Assembly (NCBI GenBank): GCA_963662285.2
Contig: CAXXMV010000008.1
Coordinates: forward strand, 288,001-352,000
DNA: 64,000 nt
Direction: 5' to 3'
From: a bacterium
GTDB lineage: Bacteria; Hinthialibacterota; Hinthialibacteria; Hinthialibacterales; Hinthialibacteraceae
The position numbers and the translations under genes are program-made. Shown piece after piece: positions 48,547-58,994 of the stretch. The notes beneath the pieces are model-generated. The model searched no databases. It saw only the letters and a program-made list of their open reading frames with translations, and was not told the DNA's origin. The first letter of the stretch is position 1; the number at the start of each line of letters is the position of its first letter.

Positions 48547-51312
48547 ATGATTCGTAACGATTTAAAAACATTAACTCACCGAATGTCTACTTCTTGGATT
48601 TTTGAAAAACGTTTTTGGGCGACGGGTTGTTTGATGCTGTGTTTGACGATTATACAAGCATTCGCTCAGGATACGCTTAGTTGGGAATCAGAAAAATTCG
48701 GTCCATTCGATATGCAAGAGATTGAATTGACGTTCAATTCCGATTCGCATTATTACGAGGGATCAACCCATATCATGTTCCCATATCTCACCAATTCCAA
48801 CACGATTGGCTTTTTCGTGTTCGATGGCGAACTTATATACAATAAGGTTTTTGATCGATTCCAACATCTTTATATTTATGCACAAGGTCTAAACGTGCCG
48901 ATTGGAACAACGGGAGGCGTTTTATATTCTCTTAGCGTCGGTTACGATTACGCTCCCCCCTCGCCTCCTGCCAATCCTTGTGGAGGTAAACAGCCCTGCT
49001 GTTATGCTGTTTGTTACACCTGTCCGCCTACGTATCTTATAACTGGAACAGCTACAATCACTGCGGGACAAGGAATTCCAACCGGAATCGCCCAATCAGT
49101 CTACCCTTTATCCTTTGATAATGAAATCGTTTTTAACAATAGCACAAATTTCACCATGGCTGGTAAAGCGTTGGTCTTTGGACACGAAACAGGAGATAAT
49201 GGATATCTAAACTATTATGATGGAATAATACATTTCCGTGCAAATGTTAATTATAACGCCATGTTCGATACGGTAACGAGCATGACATTCAATTCTCTGC
49301 ACGATATTTCCGGTACGGCGAATGGAACATTACATACACCAGAACTTCCGGTGATCGGCAGCAGGGATATTGGCAATGTCGAAGCGGATATTGACGAAAA
49401 TGGTTTTTCTGGATGTATTCACATTCCCGTTCCCGGTATTCCAAAAAAAATCTGTACTCCCGGCGCTTGCGTAATGAGTATTTGCACGCCAAAAAAATGC
49501 GTGCCGAACCCGGCGTATTACACTATTCCCGTAAATTTCAAAATGACTAACACTGGAGAATTCTCTGTCTTTAAAAAATTGGAGCGCTCCAAACCGTGGG
49601 AATTTTCCGCTCAGCAACTGGCTCAGATCGACGATCAAGGCAAAGGGATCGTCTTTATGTCTAACTGGCGCAGCATTGATATAAGTTCCACACAAGGAGA
49701 GAATCAGCGATTCCAAGTTCTCCCTAACGCGGATCAAGTCACAACCCTGGAAATATCAGAAGGCTTGCCCGCCGTTATTTTCCGAATTGGATTCACCAAT
49801 GAAAACGCGTCTGAAGTCTCCGCCATCCTGACTTTTCCAGATGGAACGCAATGGAACCTGAAAGACGGCTTGAATGCGGAATTTGAAGAAAACAAAGGTT
49901 TCTCTTTGTGGAATCCAGAAGGGAAAGACGCTTCTTTCTTCGTGCGCAATCCAGAGGCTGGCTCTTACACTATAACAATTCAGAATGGAGATGAATTAGG
50001 TGATTTCAGCTTTGAGGCGTTGGCGCAAAATCATCTTCCCAATGTTGATATTAAATCAGTTGAACCTACGGATGATTCCGGTGTGTACCGGATTGAATGG
50101 ATCGATTACGATCCCGACGATAACGCGGAAGTGGGAATTTATTTAGATACTGACCGGAAAGGGCGCGATGGCCGTCTCGTGGCCACTATCGAAGAAGATC
50201 ATCCTGATAACGTGTTTCTACTGGACGTTAATGAATTGGATATCCCGCCGGATTGGTATTATGTCATGCTGAAGATAAAAGACGGCGTTAATCCGGTTGA
50301 TTACGAGTATGCTTTAACTCCAATCCACGTCGCCAATCCCAATGCGCCTTCGCCAGTAACAAATATAGCCGTTAACGCTGGTGACCGTGAATTCACGCTG
50401 CAATGGGAACTAGTCGAAGATTCAGACATCACTCAATACGAGGTTCTTTATACATCGATCATGGAGCCGGATTCATTTACTCCAATTAGATGGTTGCCTT
50501 CAGATGTGAATAAGTTGACGGTCACCGGTCTGGATAACGGATATCCGGTATTAGTAACTGTTCGCGCTGTCAACCAAGCCGGATTGGCTTCTGAAATCAC
50601 CACTATTCTCCAAGTTGTAACCCAATCCGCTACAGGGCGCTCCCACCCGGTAATCATCTCCGAACCGGTAACAACCGCCGCCGTGGGAGAAACATATATA
50701 TATTTCCCGCAATTTTTTGACGCGGACATCCATCATTTCGCCAAACCGCTGCCGAACGGGGAAACGGAATACGTGGATCCATACGTGTGGACGCTGTTGG
50801 AAGGTCCAGAAGGTATGGTGATGGATCAGGGACGCTTCCTGCTCTGGACGCCCACCGAAGCTCAACTGGGCGAGCATAATATCGTGATTCAATTAACGGA
50901 TCAATACGCTCTCGACGGTGCGGATGAAGATCACGGCGGCGGGATTCAGGAATTCACTATCCTGGCGCAAGAGTTCTATCCCATCACCAGCCAATCCCAG
51001 CATCCGTTTGAATTTCTGTCATATCCAAATCTCATTGCCTTTGAAGGCGAAACATACACATATCAGCCAATCCTGAACGCGGCGGAAGATCAAGTTAAGT
51101 TTGAGTTAATCATGGGACCGGAAGGTATGACCATATCCGCATCCGGCGCCTTGGAATGGACCGTTCCAGCGAACGCCAAAGGCTCTAAGGTTTTCATACT
51201 AGCTACAGTGGATGGCGAATACAAGGTGGAACAAGAATTCTTTTTGGGAACGATCACAGAAGCGAACACGCTTCATTCTTCTATCGTAGATACTTGGAAC
51301 CAGATGAAATAA
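48547..51312 (+). CDS. Large secreted protein: Cys-rich inserts, fibronectin III and cadherin/Ig-like repeats
   Basis: Signal-like hydrophobic stretch; APSPVTNIAV...LQW...YEV...VTGLDNG...VRAVN (FN3); two GPEGM...W-T-P/V-P repeats. Confidence 0.75.
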   Translation: MIRNDLKTLTHRMSTSWIFEKRFWATGCLMLCLTIIQAFAQDTLSWESEKFGPFDMQEIELTFNSDSHYYEGSTHIMFPYLTNSNTIGFFVFDGELIYNKVFDRFQHLYIYAQGLNVPIGTTGGVLYSLSVGYDYAPPSPPANPCGGKQPCCYAVCYTCPPTYLITGTATITAGQGIPTGIAQSVYPLSFDNEIVFNNSTNFTMAGKALVFGHETGDNGYLNYYDGIIHFRANVNYNAMFDTVTSMTFNSLHDISGTANGTLHTPELPVIGSRDIGNVEADIDENGFSGCIHIPVPGIPKKICTPGACVMSICTPKKCVPNPAYYTIPVNFKMTNTGEFSVFKKLERSKPWEFSAQQLAQIDDQGKGIVFMSNWRSIDISSTQGENQRFQVLPNADQVTTLEISEGLPAVIFRIGFTNENASEVSAILTFPDGTQWNLKDGLNAEFEENKGFSLWNPEGKDASFFVRNPEAGSYTITIQNGDELGDFSFEALAQNHLPNVDIKSVEPTDDSGVYRIEWIDYDPDDNAEVGIYLDTDRKGRDGRLVATIEEDHPDNVFLLDVNELDIPPDWYYVMLKIKDGVNPVDYEYALTPIHVANPNAPSPVTNIAVNAGDREFTLQWELVEDSDITQYEVLYTSIMEPDSFTPIRWLPSDVNKLTVTGLDNGYPVLVTVRAVNQAGLASEITTILQVVTQSATGRSHPVIISEPVTTAAVGETYIYFPQFFDADIHHFAKPLPNGETEYVDPYVWTLLEGPEGMVMDQGRFLLWTPTEAQLGEHNIVIQLTDQYALDGADEDHGGGIQEFTILAQEFYPITSQSQHPFEFLSYPNLIAFEGETYTYQPILNAAEDQVKFELIMGPEGMTISASGALEWTVPANAKGSKVFILATVDGEYKVEQEFFLGTITEANTLHSSIVDTWNQMK

Positions 51313-51344
51313 AGGTTTTTCGGGATATCAGCGATAAAAACAAT

Positions 51345-51388
51345 AACTGGGTGGGATCAGAAAAAAAATGATCCCACCCAGTTTTGTT
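51345..51388 (+). terminator. Intrinsic terminator
   Basis: AACTGGGTGGGATCA-loop-TGATCCCACCCAGTT followed by TTGTT. Confidence 0.85.
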
Positions 51389-51409
51389 AATTGATTTGTT
51401 CGGTGTGAC

Positions 51410-51449
51410 GGGCGCCAAAACCAAGACCACATTGCGTCCAGCCCTTGAT
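51410..51449. repeat. Degenerate copy of the 26592 repeat
   Basis: GGGCGCCAAAACCAAGACCACATTGCGTCCAGCCCTTGAT. Confidence 0.65.
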
Positions 51450-51495
51450 ACTATCACTTTTGGTATTGATATAATTCATAGGCGACAGTAACACC

Positions 51496-51521
51496 GTGCG
51501 ACCACAAGGGATCGCCCCTAC
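51496..51521 (-). repeat. GTAG-type REP-like palindrome
   Basis: Reverse complement GTAGGGGCGATCCCTTGTGGTCGCAC; similar to 62507. Confidence 0.6.
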
Positions 51522-51535
51522 GGTAAATTGCGATT

Positions 51536-54532
51536 CTATTTATCGCCCTGATAACATAGCACATGGCCTTGGTCAGTGGTTACTATAATGCGCCCATCAC
51601 GGTCAACCGCTATGCCCCATGATGTCGGGCTGGCTGGAAGTTCCGCGCTGAAGACGGTATCGCCATTGGTTCGATTAAAGGCAATCAGCATATTTCGTAC
51701 TACACTTTCGTTGTTTTCAGAGATCAGTCCACCTATGGTGATGATTGCATCCTGCGCCACTACCACGCCTGAGGTTTCCACAAAGCCGCTGCGTTGCCAA
51801 ATGCGTTTGGCTTTACCATCAGGGCCAGCGCCCAGTTGGATGCACATAATTTCATTTTCGGTTCCCTGGTATACAATATCCGAATTGCTTCCGGCATGGA
51901 GCAGATATTTTGCGTAGTAGCGTGAAGGGATATACTCACGGGGAGAATAGAGCATTTGGTCGAAGACGGTTACTTTGCCGTTGATCAAGAAGAGTTCTTT
52001 ACCGCGAGGAGCTTTTTGCCATTCATCAGTAAGCGTGTTCAGGCATTGACCAGTTGTTTTATCATACACAGCGGGTGACACGACATTACCTCCGGCCATG
52101 TAGACCTTGTTATCATGCATCAGCATGTGACCCTGTACGCTGACGCCGCTGGATTTTGACTGGCCGATCAAGTTACCTGAGTCATTATTCTGCCACAGTA
52201 TCTCTCCGGTCACAGCGTCCAAAGCATAGACATGGGTGCCATCATGGCTGGCGATTCCCGCCGCAGCATACACCACGCCTTTATCAACCATAAGACTGGT
52301 TACGGGCCAGGTTGATGATAGATCGCCGTATACCGGGATTTTGCGTTCAAACGGAGCGGCGCGAAAACGCCATAGTTGCTTGCCGGTGGCCGCTTCCATT
52401 GCATAAACGAAGCCATCAGCTGATCCTACATAAAGACGGTCTTGCCAAAAAGCTGGGGGATAATTTACCCGCCCGCCGGTATATGATGACCAAAGTTGTT
52501 CTCCATTTTGATTATCTATAGCATAAACAATTCCATCCGAACCGCTGACGAAGGTTAATCCGTCAACTGCAACAGGAGCAGTGCGGCGCACGCCCTGACG
52601 GGGTATAAATTCCCACTGCGGTTTAAGGGATTCACCAACCGCAACGGCTGTTTGCGATACGCATTGATTGTTTTTGCGGTATACCGGCCAGTCGGTTATG
52701 GTTTGAGTCAGTTCACGGACTCTAGTTAAATTACTGGTATATGTTTCAAGGCGTTCTTTCTCAACCGCTGATTGCGAGTAATTAAAGTCTGCCGCAGGAC
52801 ACATACTGATCACGCCTACCAAAGAGTGGTTGCAGTCGCACATCCAGGGACCCCAATATAACAGACCATTGGCCGCGATAACGCCATCCTGACAAGCGGG
52901 GCGCATGGCGGGCAGGCGGCTGGCCTGATCATTGTTGACATCAAGCCGCAGCGTTCCGCCATGTTGATCGCCGCGCGCGAAGATGCTGTCGACCGTGCCA
53001 TTAACCCTGGTGCAGTTGCCCCTCAGGGATGGCAGGTCGGCCAGTATCTCTCCAGTAAGCGGATTTAATTTTTTGCTGTCGCTGAGCCGCCCCATAGCAT
53101 ATACAATATTATCACGTAGAACCAATAGCATGTTGCCGTCGGGATAATTCCATAACATCTTGCCATCTTCGGTTGATACGGCGACGATCTTGGTTCTCTG
53201 GGGTCCGGCGAAATACAACGCCTGATCACTGGCCGAGAGATAGGTCTGGCTTGAATATCCTTTCTGCCAGGTCTGGGCTTTATCATGCAGGCCAATTGCC
53301 GCCATGAGATCCGCGTCAGATGTGCGCCATATTTCAGCACCGTTTTTGATATCGAATGCCGCCAGGAAATTCTGATGTGAATAGGCGTATAAACGGTCGC
53401 CCCGGAGAACCAAGGCGCGGCTGTCAATTACTTGCTCCTCGGTATGCCGCCAAAGTATCTGCTTGGTTGCGGGATCAATGGCCAGCAAAGTGCGCCCGAA
53501 TCCCCAAGGATAATCTTCACTGAACTTGTCATAGTTTTCACCCAAACCAGTCCAGGGCCATCCAGCGGTTTTTTTTGTGCCATGCAGCACTTCATCAGTT
53601 ATATCCGGCTCGCCTACCAGGGCGTAGAGCACGCCGTCAACCATTGCCATCCACTTCCATCCATAGAGATCAGTGATATCTTTGGGAATGGTTATTTCAT
53701 CTTTAATCTCTCCGGTATCAACATCAATCATCTTGCATGATTCATTGTCGGCTAAATAGAGCGTATCGGGCGTGGCGATCATAGTATTGCGGTGAATCAT
53801 AAATCCAGGCGCCAGTTCACGTTCCCACAGAATAACGCCGTTGTAAGCATTCATGGCGACCAGTTTACTGAGCATACCCCATTCACGCTTCTTGAATGCG
53901 ATGTGACCGAAAGCTTTGAATAATTTGCCATCAGACGTGACGGTGACGGCTGGCATGGGGCCATAGTATGGTTGAGCCAGGAACTGGGTTATAAATGGCG
54001 CACGGGCGATTTGATCGGTAGATTGCGGATTATTATCCGGCCCATGATAGGGATGTGTCCATTGATCGATTCCATCAGGAACTGGTTTCACGCTGATCTT
54101 TTTTCCAGCAAGCAGTTTGCCGCCAGGCCGCAGTACGCGAAGCAGTTCTACCTGTTTGAATTGCGCTTTATCTTTCAAAACAACTATATCGGCCAGATTA
54201 GCAGCCAGATGAATTTGTGAAGTGGTTCCCTGCTCTACATACACGCGGGTATTTAACAGACCAGCCTCATCTAATTTTTTGCGGGTGCGTAGGACATCCT
54301 TATCGCTGGTAGACTGGACGAATATAGTCAACTCACTGGATTGAGCCAGATCAATAACCAAGTCAGCTGTACTTTTTCCAAGCACAACGCAAATGCCCCG
54401 CGTTGAATCAAGTTCATGTACAACGGATAGCGCAGAGAGAGCGGCGTAACTCTGGAACGCAATAGACATGAATAGAACTTGCCAAATAATTTTCAAGATA
54501 AATTTATCGTGATGATTGGTCGAATTTAACAT
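51536..54532 (-). CDS. Methyltransferase-like domain fused to PQQ-like beta-propeller repeats
   Basis: RGICVVLG, LRVLRPGG, WTHPYHGPDNNP, repeated YALDAxTG-x-x-LW motifs. Confidence 0.8.
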   Translation of the reverse strand: MLNSTNHHDKFILKIIWQVLFMSIAFQSYAALSALSVVHELDSTRGICVVLGKSTADLVIDLAQSSELTIFVQSTSDKDVLRTRKKLDEAGLLNTRVYVEQGTTSQIHLAANLADIVVLKDKAQFKQVELLRVLRPGGKLLAGKKISVKPVPDGIDQWTHPYHGPDNNPQSTDQIARAPFITQFLAQPYYGPMPAVTVTSDGKLFKAFGHIAFKKREWGMLSKLVAMNAYNGVILWERELAPGFMIHRNTMIATPDTLYLADNESCKMIDVDTGEIKDEITIPKDITDLYGWKWMAMVDGVLYALVGEPDITDEVLHGTKKTAGWPWTGLGENYDKFSEDYPWGFGRTLLAIDPATKQILWRHTEEQVIDSRALVLRGDRLYAYSHQNFLAAFDIKNGAEIWRTSDADLMAAIGLHDKAQTWQKGYSSQTYLSASDQALYFAGPQRTKIVAVSTEDGKMLWNYPDGNMLLVLRDNIVYAMGRLSDSKKLNPLTGEILADLPSLRGNCTRVNGTVDSIFARGDQHGGTLRLDVNNDQASRLPAMRPACQDGVIAANGLLYWGPWMCDCNHSLVGVISMCPAADFNYSQSAVEKERLETYTSNLTRVRELTQTITDWPVYRKNNQCVSQTAVAVGESLKPQWEFIPRQGVRRTAPVAVDGLTFVSGSDGIVYAIDNQNGEQLWSSYTGGRVNYPPAFWQDRLYVGSADGFVYAMEAATGKQLWRFRAAPFERKIPVYGDLSSTWPVTSLMVDKGVVYAAAGIASHDGTHVYALDAVTGEILWQNNDSGNLIGQSKSSGVSVQGHMLMHDNKVYMAGGNVVSPAVYDKTTGQCLNTLTDEWQKAPRGKELFLINGKVTVFDQMLYSPREYIPSRYYAKYLLHAGSNSDIVYQGTENEIMCIQLGAGPDGKAKRIWQRSGFVETSGVVVAQDAIITIGGLISENNESVVRNMLIAFNRTNGDTVFSAELPASPTSWGIAVDRDGRIIVTTDQGHVLCYQGDK

Positions 54533-54884
54533 TTCTATGCATCCTTTGAGTTTTTTAGATTTATTACGTAATCAACAGGATGAATTTTATTCCACCTATT
54601 TTGTCATTTAAAAATAGAACATGTCAAACAGAAAATGTATTTATTTACTGAATATATGAACAAAGTCATTAAAATCAGGAGCAAGAATGATAACAATCTA
54701 CTCCAGCAATGCAACATTACTTGCATAAATAGCAGTAGGCTGAGCTTCAGTCTCTTCTATACTGTTGAGGGATGGATAAACTAAAGAGAATAGCGTGAGT
54801 AGGTTCTTTACTCTTATTCAAAAACTTTTCCACCAAAGATAAATTCGAGAACCAATATAACCCTAAACAAATAAACAACATACT

Positions 54885-57464
54885 ATGAAAAAAATTAATT
54901 TAAATTTAGTAGAAAAGCCGGTTAGATATATAGGAGGAGAATTTAACTCCGTTCAAGATAAACCAGAAGCAAGATTGAACGTCGCTATCGCTTACCCGGA
55001 TGTTTATGAAGTTGGCATGTCCGAATTGGGTCTTCAAATCCTATATGGTCTGCTCAACCGGGAACCGTGGATTCGCTGTGAACGCGCCTTCGCTCCCTGG
55101 CCTGACCATGAGCAGCAACTGCGCGATGCAGATCAAGCGCTAAAAACACTGGAATGTCAGACGCCATTGAGCGAACTGCATATCTTCGGCTTTTCGCTGC
55201 AACACGAGATGCTCTACACCAATGTGCTATCCATGCTTGATCTAGGCGGGATTCCCATTGCAGCCAATGAACGCGGCGAAAACGATCCACTAGTCATCGC
55301 TGGCGGCCCCTGCGCCTATAATCCCATGCCCATGATCGATTTCATTGACGCCTTTGTCATCGGCGAGGGCGAAGAGGTGCTGTTGGAGTTTTGCCGCACG
55401 GTTGATGAGATGAAGCAAAAGGGCGCCGCACGGCAGGAAATCCTGCATGCAACGGGAAAAATTGAAGGCGTATTCGTCCCGTCTTTGTTCGATGAAGCGA
55501 CTAACCGGCTTGGAGAAACATTCCCCGGAAGTCCCAATGTTGATGGAGTTCCGCAAGTAATAAACAAACGCGTCATCTCAGATTTTGAAAACTCATACTA
55601 CCCTACCGGACAAATTGTTCCCAACACCAAAGCCATTCATCACCGTCTATCGCTGGAAGTAATGCGCGGTTGCCCTGGCGGGTGCCGTTATTGTCAAGCG
55701 GGTTACACTGACAGACCAGTGCGTGAACGTTCGCCGGAACGCATCATGGATCATGCGCGAGAAGGGCTTGGGCAGACTGGCTTTGGCGAGGTGGGGCTAT
55801 TATCGCTTTCCACCGCTGACTACAGCCAGCTGCCGGGACTGTGCAGCGGATTAATCAAAGAATTTTACCCTCAACGCATCGCTATCTCCCTGCCATCACT
55901 GAGGATAGATAGTTTCCCGGCTAGGGTGGCGCAAGAGATCGGCAAAGTGCGCAAAACCGGCATGACCTTCGCGCCTGAAGCGGGCAGTGAACGTCTGCGG
56001 CTCGCCATCAACAAACGCGTTGATAACAATGAAATATTCTCAACCGTGCGCGACGCCGCCAACAATGGTCAGAATACCTTCAAACTTTATTTCATGATCG
56101 GGCTGCCCACCGAGACCGATGAAGACTTGCAAGGCATTGTCGATATGGTATTGAAGATTCAAAAGATGCTGCGCGATATGAGAAAGCACCGGGCTAAAAT
56201 CAATATCGGACTTTCCCCCTTCGTCCCCAAACCGCATACGGCGTATCAATGGTTCGGTCAGATACCGATGGAAGAGATGAAACGCCGCATCGACCTGATC
56301 TTCAACCAACTCAAGAAACAGAAGAATATCAAAATCAACTGGCATGATCCCGATAAAAGCCTGATCGAAAGCGCATTAGCCCGCGCCGACAGCCGGGTGG
56401 GCAAGGCTATCAGGATAATCTATGACATGGGCGCCCGATTCGATGAATGGAGCGAATATTTCAATTTCCAGCGCTGGGAGGATGGCTTCGCCGCAGTGGG
56501 ACTTTCATTGCAGGAATACGCCGCCAAAGAATACCAGTTGGATGACGCCCTGCCCTGGGATTGCATCTCCACACGGGTTGATAAAAGTTACCTGCAAAAG
56601 GAATGGGACAAAACCTTTGAGGGCAAAGAGACCAAACATTGCGGAAAAGAAAAATGCCGTACCTGTGGAGTATGCAATGACGACTTAACAACAGTGCGAA
56701 CCGATGACAATATGACGTATCATCAGGCCAAATATAATATGGATCACGGTATGGCCGATGAACTGCAAGATAAAACAGAACAACCCAAGACTCAAAATGA
56801 TGATATTTCTTACCGTTACCGTATAATGTTCTCTAAAAAAGATGAAATGGCCTTCACTTCGCATCATGATATCATGATGATTTTCGAATCAATTTTCCGC
56901 CGATCCGAAATAGAACTGGCCTTTTCAAAGGGATTTCACCCTCATCCCAAAATTATTTTCGCTTCTCCCCTACCGGTTGGCATGGAAAGCGATGCGGAAT
57001 ATATTGAAATAACCACCACAAAGAGTTACCATGAATTAGCAATTCTTGAAAAAATGCAGAGTTATTCACCCAAAGGCATCGGCATATTGGCAGTTAGCGC
57101 AGTTCTTTCAGGCGCCAAAAAGATAACTGCGGCAATATGTGCATATAGTTACAAGATTAACGGGACGATCCAATCAGGCGATGATATATTTACACGTATG
57201 GAAAATGCGCTAAATAATTCCGATTTACGAACCGGGTTAAATTTACTGGAGACCAATCTGGTCCCTATATCTGACAATGAATTCCGGCTCACCTATACCT
57301 GTTCTGTAGATAGTGGAAAATACACCAAAGCAACCGCAATCAAGGAAAAATTAGAACTGAACTTGGGATATGAAATATTAATTGATAAATGCAAACGTTT
57401 GGGCATATTCTCCAGAAACATAAATGGAAAATTAGAACCATTGATAGCAAAGCGGGAAGATTAA
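54885..57464 (+). CDS. Radical SAM protein (TIGR03960-like) fused to the radical SAM-linked domain (TIGR03936/DUF2344-like)
   Basis: KPVRYIGGEFNS, YPDVYEVGMS, RGCPGGCRYCQAG, FAPEAGSERLR; C-terminal FTSHHD...FSKGFHPHPKI..ASPLPVG. Confidence 0.88.
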   Translation: MKKINLNLVEKPVRYIGGEFNSVQDKPEARLNVAIAYPDVYEVGMSELGLQILYGLLNREPWIRCERAFAPWPDHEQQLRDADQALKTLECQTPLSELHIFGFSLQHEMLYTNVLSMLDLGGIPIAANERGENDPLVIAGGPCAYNPMPMIDFIDAFVIGEGEEVLLEFCRTVDEMKQKGAARQEILHATGKIEGVFVPSLFDEATNRLGETFPGSPNVDGVPQVINKRVISDFENSYYPTGQIVPNTKAIHHRLSLEVMRGCPGGCRYCQAGYTDRPVRERSPERIMDHAREGLGQTGFGEVGLLSLSTADYSQLPGLCSGLIKEFYPQRIAISLPSLRIDSFPARVAQEIGKVRKTGMTFAPEAGSERLRLAINKRVDNNEIFSTVRDAANNGQNTFKLYFMIGLPTETDEDLQGIVDMVLKIQKMLRDMRKHRAKINIGLSPFVPKPHTAYQWFGQIPMEEMKRRIDLIFNQLKKQKNIKINWHDPDKSLIESALARADSRVGKAIRIIYDMGARFDEWSEYFNFQRWEDGFAAVGLSLQEYAAKEYQLDDALPWDCISTRVDKSYLQKEWDKTFEGKETKHCGKEKCRTCGVCNDDLTTVRTDDNMTYHQAKYNMDHGMADELQDKTEQPKTQNDDISYRYRIMFSKKDEMAFTSHHDIMMIFESIFRRSEIELAFSKGFHPHPKIIFASPLPVGMESDAEYIEITTTKSYHELAILEKMQSYSPKGIGILAVSAVLSGAKKITAAICAYSYKINGTIQSGDDIFTRMENALNNSDLRTGLNLLETNLVPISDNEFRLTYTCSVDSGKYTKATAIKEKLELNLGYEILIDKCKRLGIFSRNINGKLEPLIAKRED

Positions 57465-57479
57465 GGGACCAAATCAATA

Positions 57480-58994
57480 ATGCAACGAAGAATCTTAATA
57501 AGCGCCGACGATTATGAAGTGCGCATCGCCGTTATTGAAAACGGGAAACTGGCTGAATACTTCTTTGAACGCAAAGAAGAACAGCGCATTGTCGGCAATA
57601 TTTATAAAGGCGTAGTAACTTCAATCACTCCTGGCATTGACGCCGCTTTTATAGATATTGGTCTTAACCGCAATGCATTTCTTTATGTAAACGACCTTCT
57701 GCCTCAAGTTCACGAATACGATTATCTGGAAGACGACGATAATGGATTCGAGGATGAAGAGCACAGCAGAGAATCCGATTCAGAACTGCCGCCGGTGACT
57801 ATCAGGGATTTGCTTAAAGAAGGGCAACAAATACTGGTTCAACTTTATAAAGAGCCTATCGGCGCCAAGGGAAGCCGGGTTACCACCAATATATCCCTCC
57901 CCGGTAGATACCTGGTTCTGTTGCCTAATACGCGGCATATCGGGATATCCCGCAGAATTGAAGATGAAACTATACGTGAAAACTTAAAAGAAACAATTTC
58001 TTCGTTGTTGCAGGACGACATGGGAACCATCGTACGAACTGCGGGACGGGACGTCACTGAGGAAGACTTTAATCAGGACCTGGATTTTCTCTGCAAAGAA
58101 TGGCGGCAGATAAAGAATATAAGCGAAAAAAGCCCAGCTCCAGCGCTGTTGTATCAGAATCCCAGCATCGTATTTCTGCTCATTCAAGACCTGATTAGCG
58201 ATAGTATTGAAGAAATCGTGATTGATGAACCTTCGCTCTATGGCGAAATCGTCGATTTCGTCCGTAAGCAGTTTCCCCAAGCGGTGCATCATATAACCCT
58301 CTATGACGATTCAGCCGCCATATTCCGCGCTTACGGGATCGAATCGGAAATCCATAGTCTACGCGCCCGCAAAGCCTGGCTTCCTTCCGGGGGATATATC
58401 ATCATAGATGAGACCGAAGCCATGACGGTAGTCGATGTCAACACCGGACGCTATATCGGCAAACATAACCTGGAAGAGACGGTGTTCAAAACCAATATCG
58501 AAGCAGCCACCGAAATCGCCCGTCAGATTCGATTGCGCGATATCGGGGGAATCATCCTTAGCGATTTCATCGATATGCGCTCTAAAGAGCACCAGAAAGA
58601 ACTTTTAGAACATTTGCAGGCCAGATTGAAAATGGATCGCTCACGCTCGCACCTCTATCCTCTGACTGAACTGGGCTTGCTGCAAATGACGCGCAAAAGA
58701 GTTCGTAAAAGCCTTAACAAAGCGCTGACCCAACCTTGTCCATATTGCAAACGTGAAGGATATATTCTTTCAGCTGATAGTATGATTATTAAGATATTCC
58801 GCACTTTCGAAGAAATCTGCCGGGAAGAAAGCGCTCAACAGGTTACTTTAAGAGTTCATCCTAGACTGGCGGAAAAGATCATGCAGGAAGAACATGAACA
58901 GGTAAAACGTTTACAAAATATTTATGAAGCCGAGTTAAAAATCCTTCCCGGCGCGGATCTCCATTATGAACAGATCATTGAGGAGATTGCATGA
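57480..58994 (+). CDS. rng: Ribonuclease E/G family
   Basis: GNIYKGVV, AAFIDIG, KEPIGAKG, DVNTG, RQIRLRDIGG, DFIDM, CPYC. Confidence 0.92.
   Translation: MQRRILISADDYEVRIAVIENGKLAEYFFERKEEQRIVGNIYKGVVTSITPGIDAAFIDIGLNRNAFLYVNDLLPQVHEYDYLEDDDNGFEDEEHSRESDSELPPVTIRDLLKEGQQILVQLYKEPIGAKGSRVTTNISLPGRYLVLLPNTRHIGISRRIEDETIRENLKETISSLLQDDMGTIVRTAGRDVTEEDFNQDLDFLCKEWRQIKNISEKSPAPALLYQNPSIVFLLIQDLISDSIEEIVIDEPSLYGEIVDFVRKQFPQAVHHITLYDDSAAIFRAYGIESEIHSLRARKAWLPSGGYIIIDETEAMTVVDVNTGRYIGKHNLEETVFKTNIEAATEIARQIRLRDIGGIILSDFIDMRSKEHQKELLEHLQARLKMDRSRSHLYPLTELGLLQMTRKRVRKSLNKALTQPCPYCKREGYILSADSMIIKIFRTFEEICREESAQQVTLRVHPRLAEKIMQEEHEQVKRLQNIYEAELKILPGADLHYEQIIEEIA

Noticed and set aside
54725-54830. Weak hairpins upstream of the radical SAM gene as a cobalamin riboswitch
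   Set aside because: No B12-box or other conserved riboswitch motif seen
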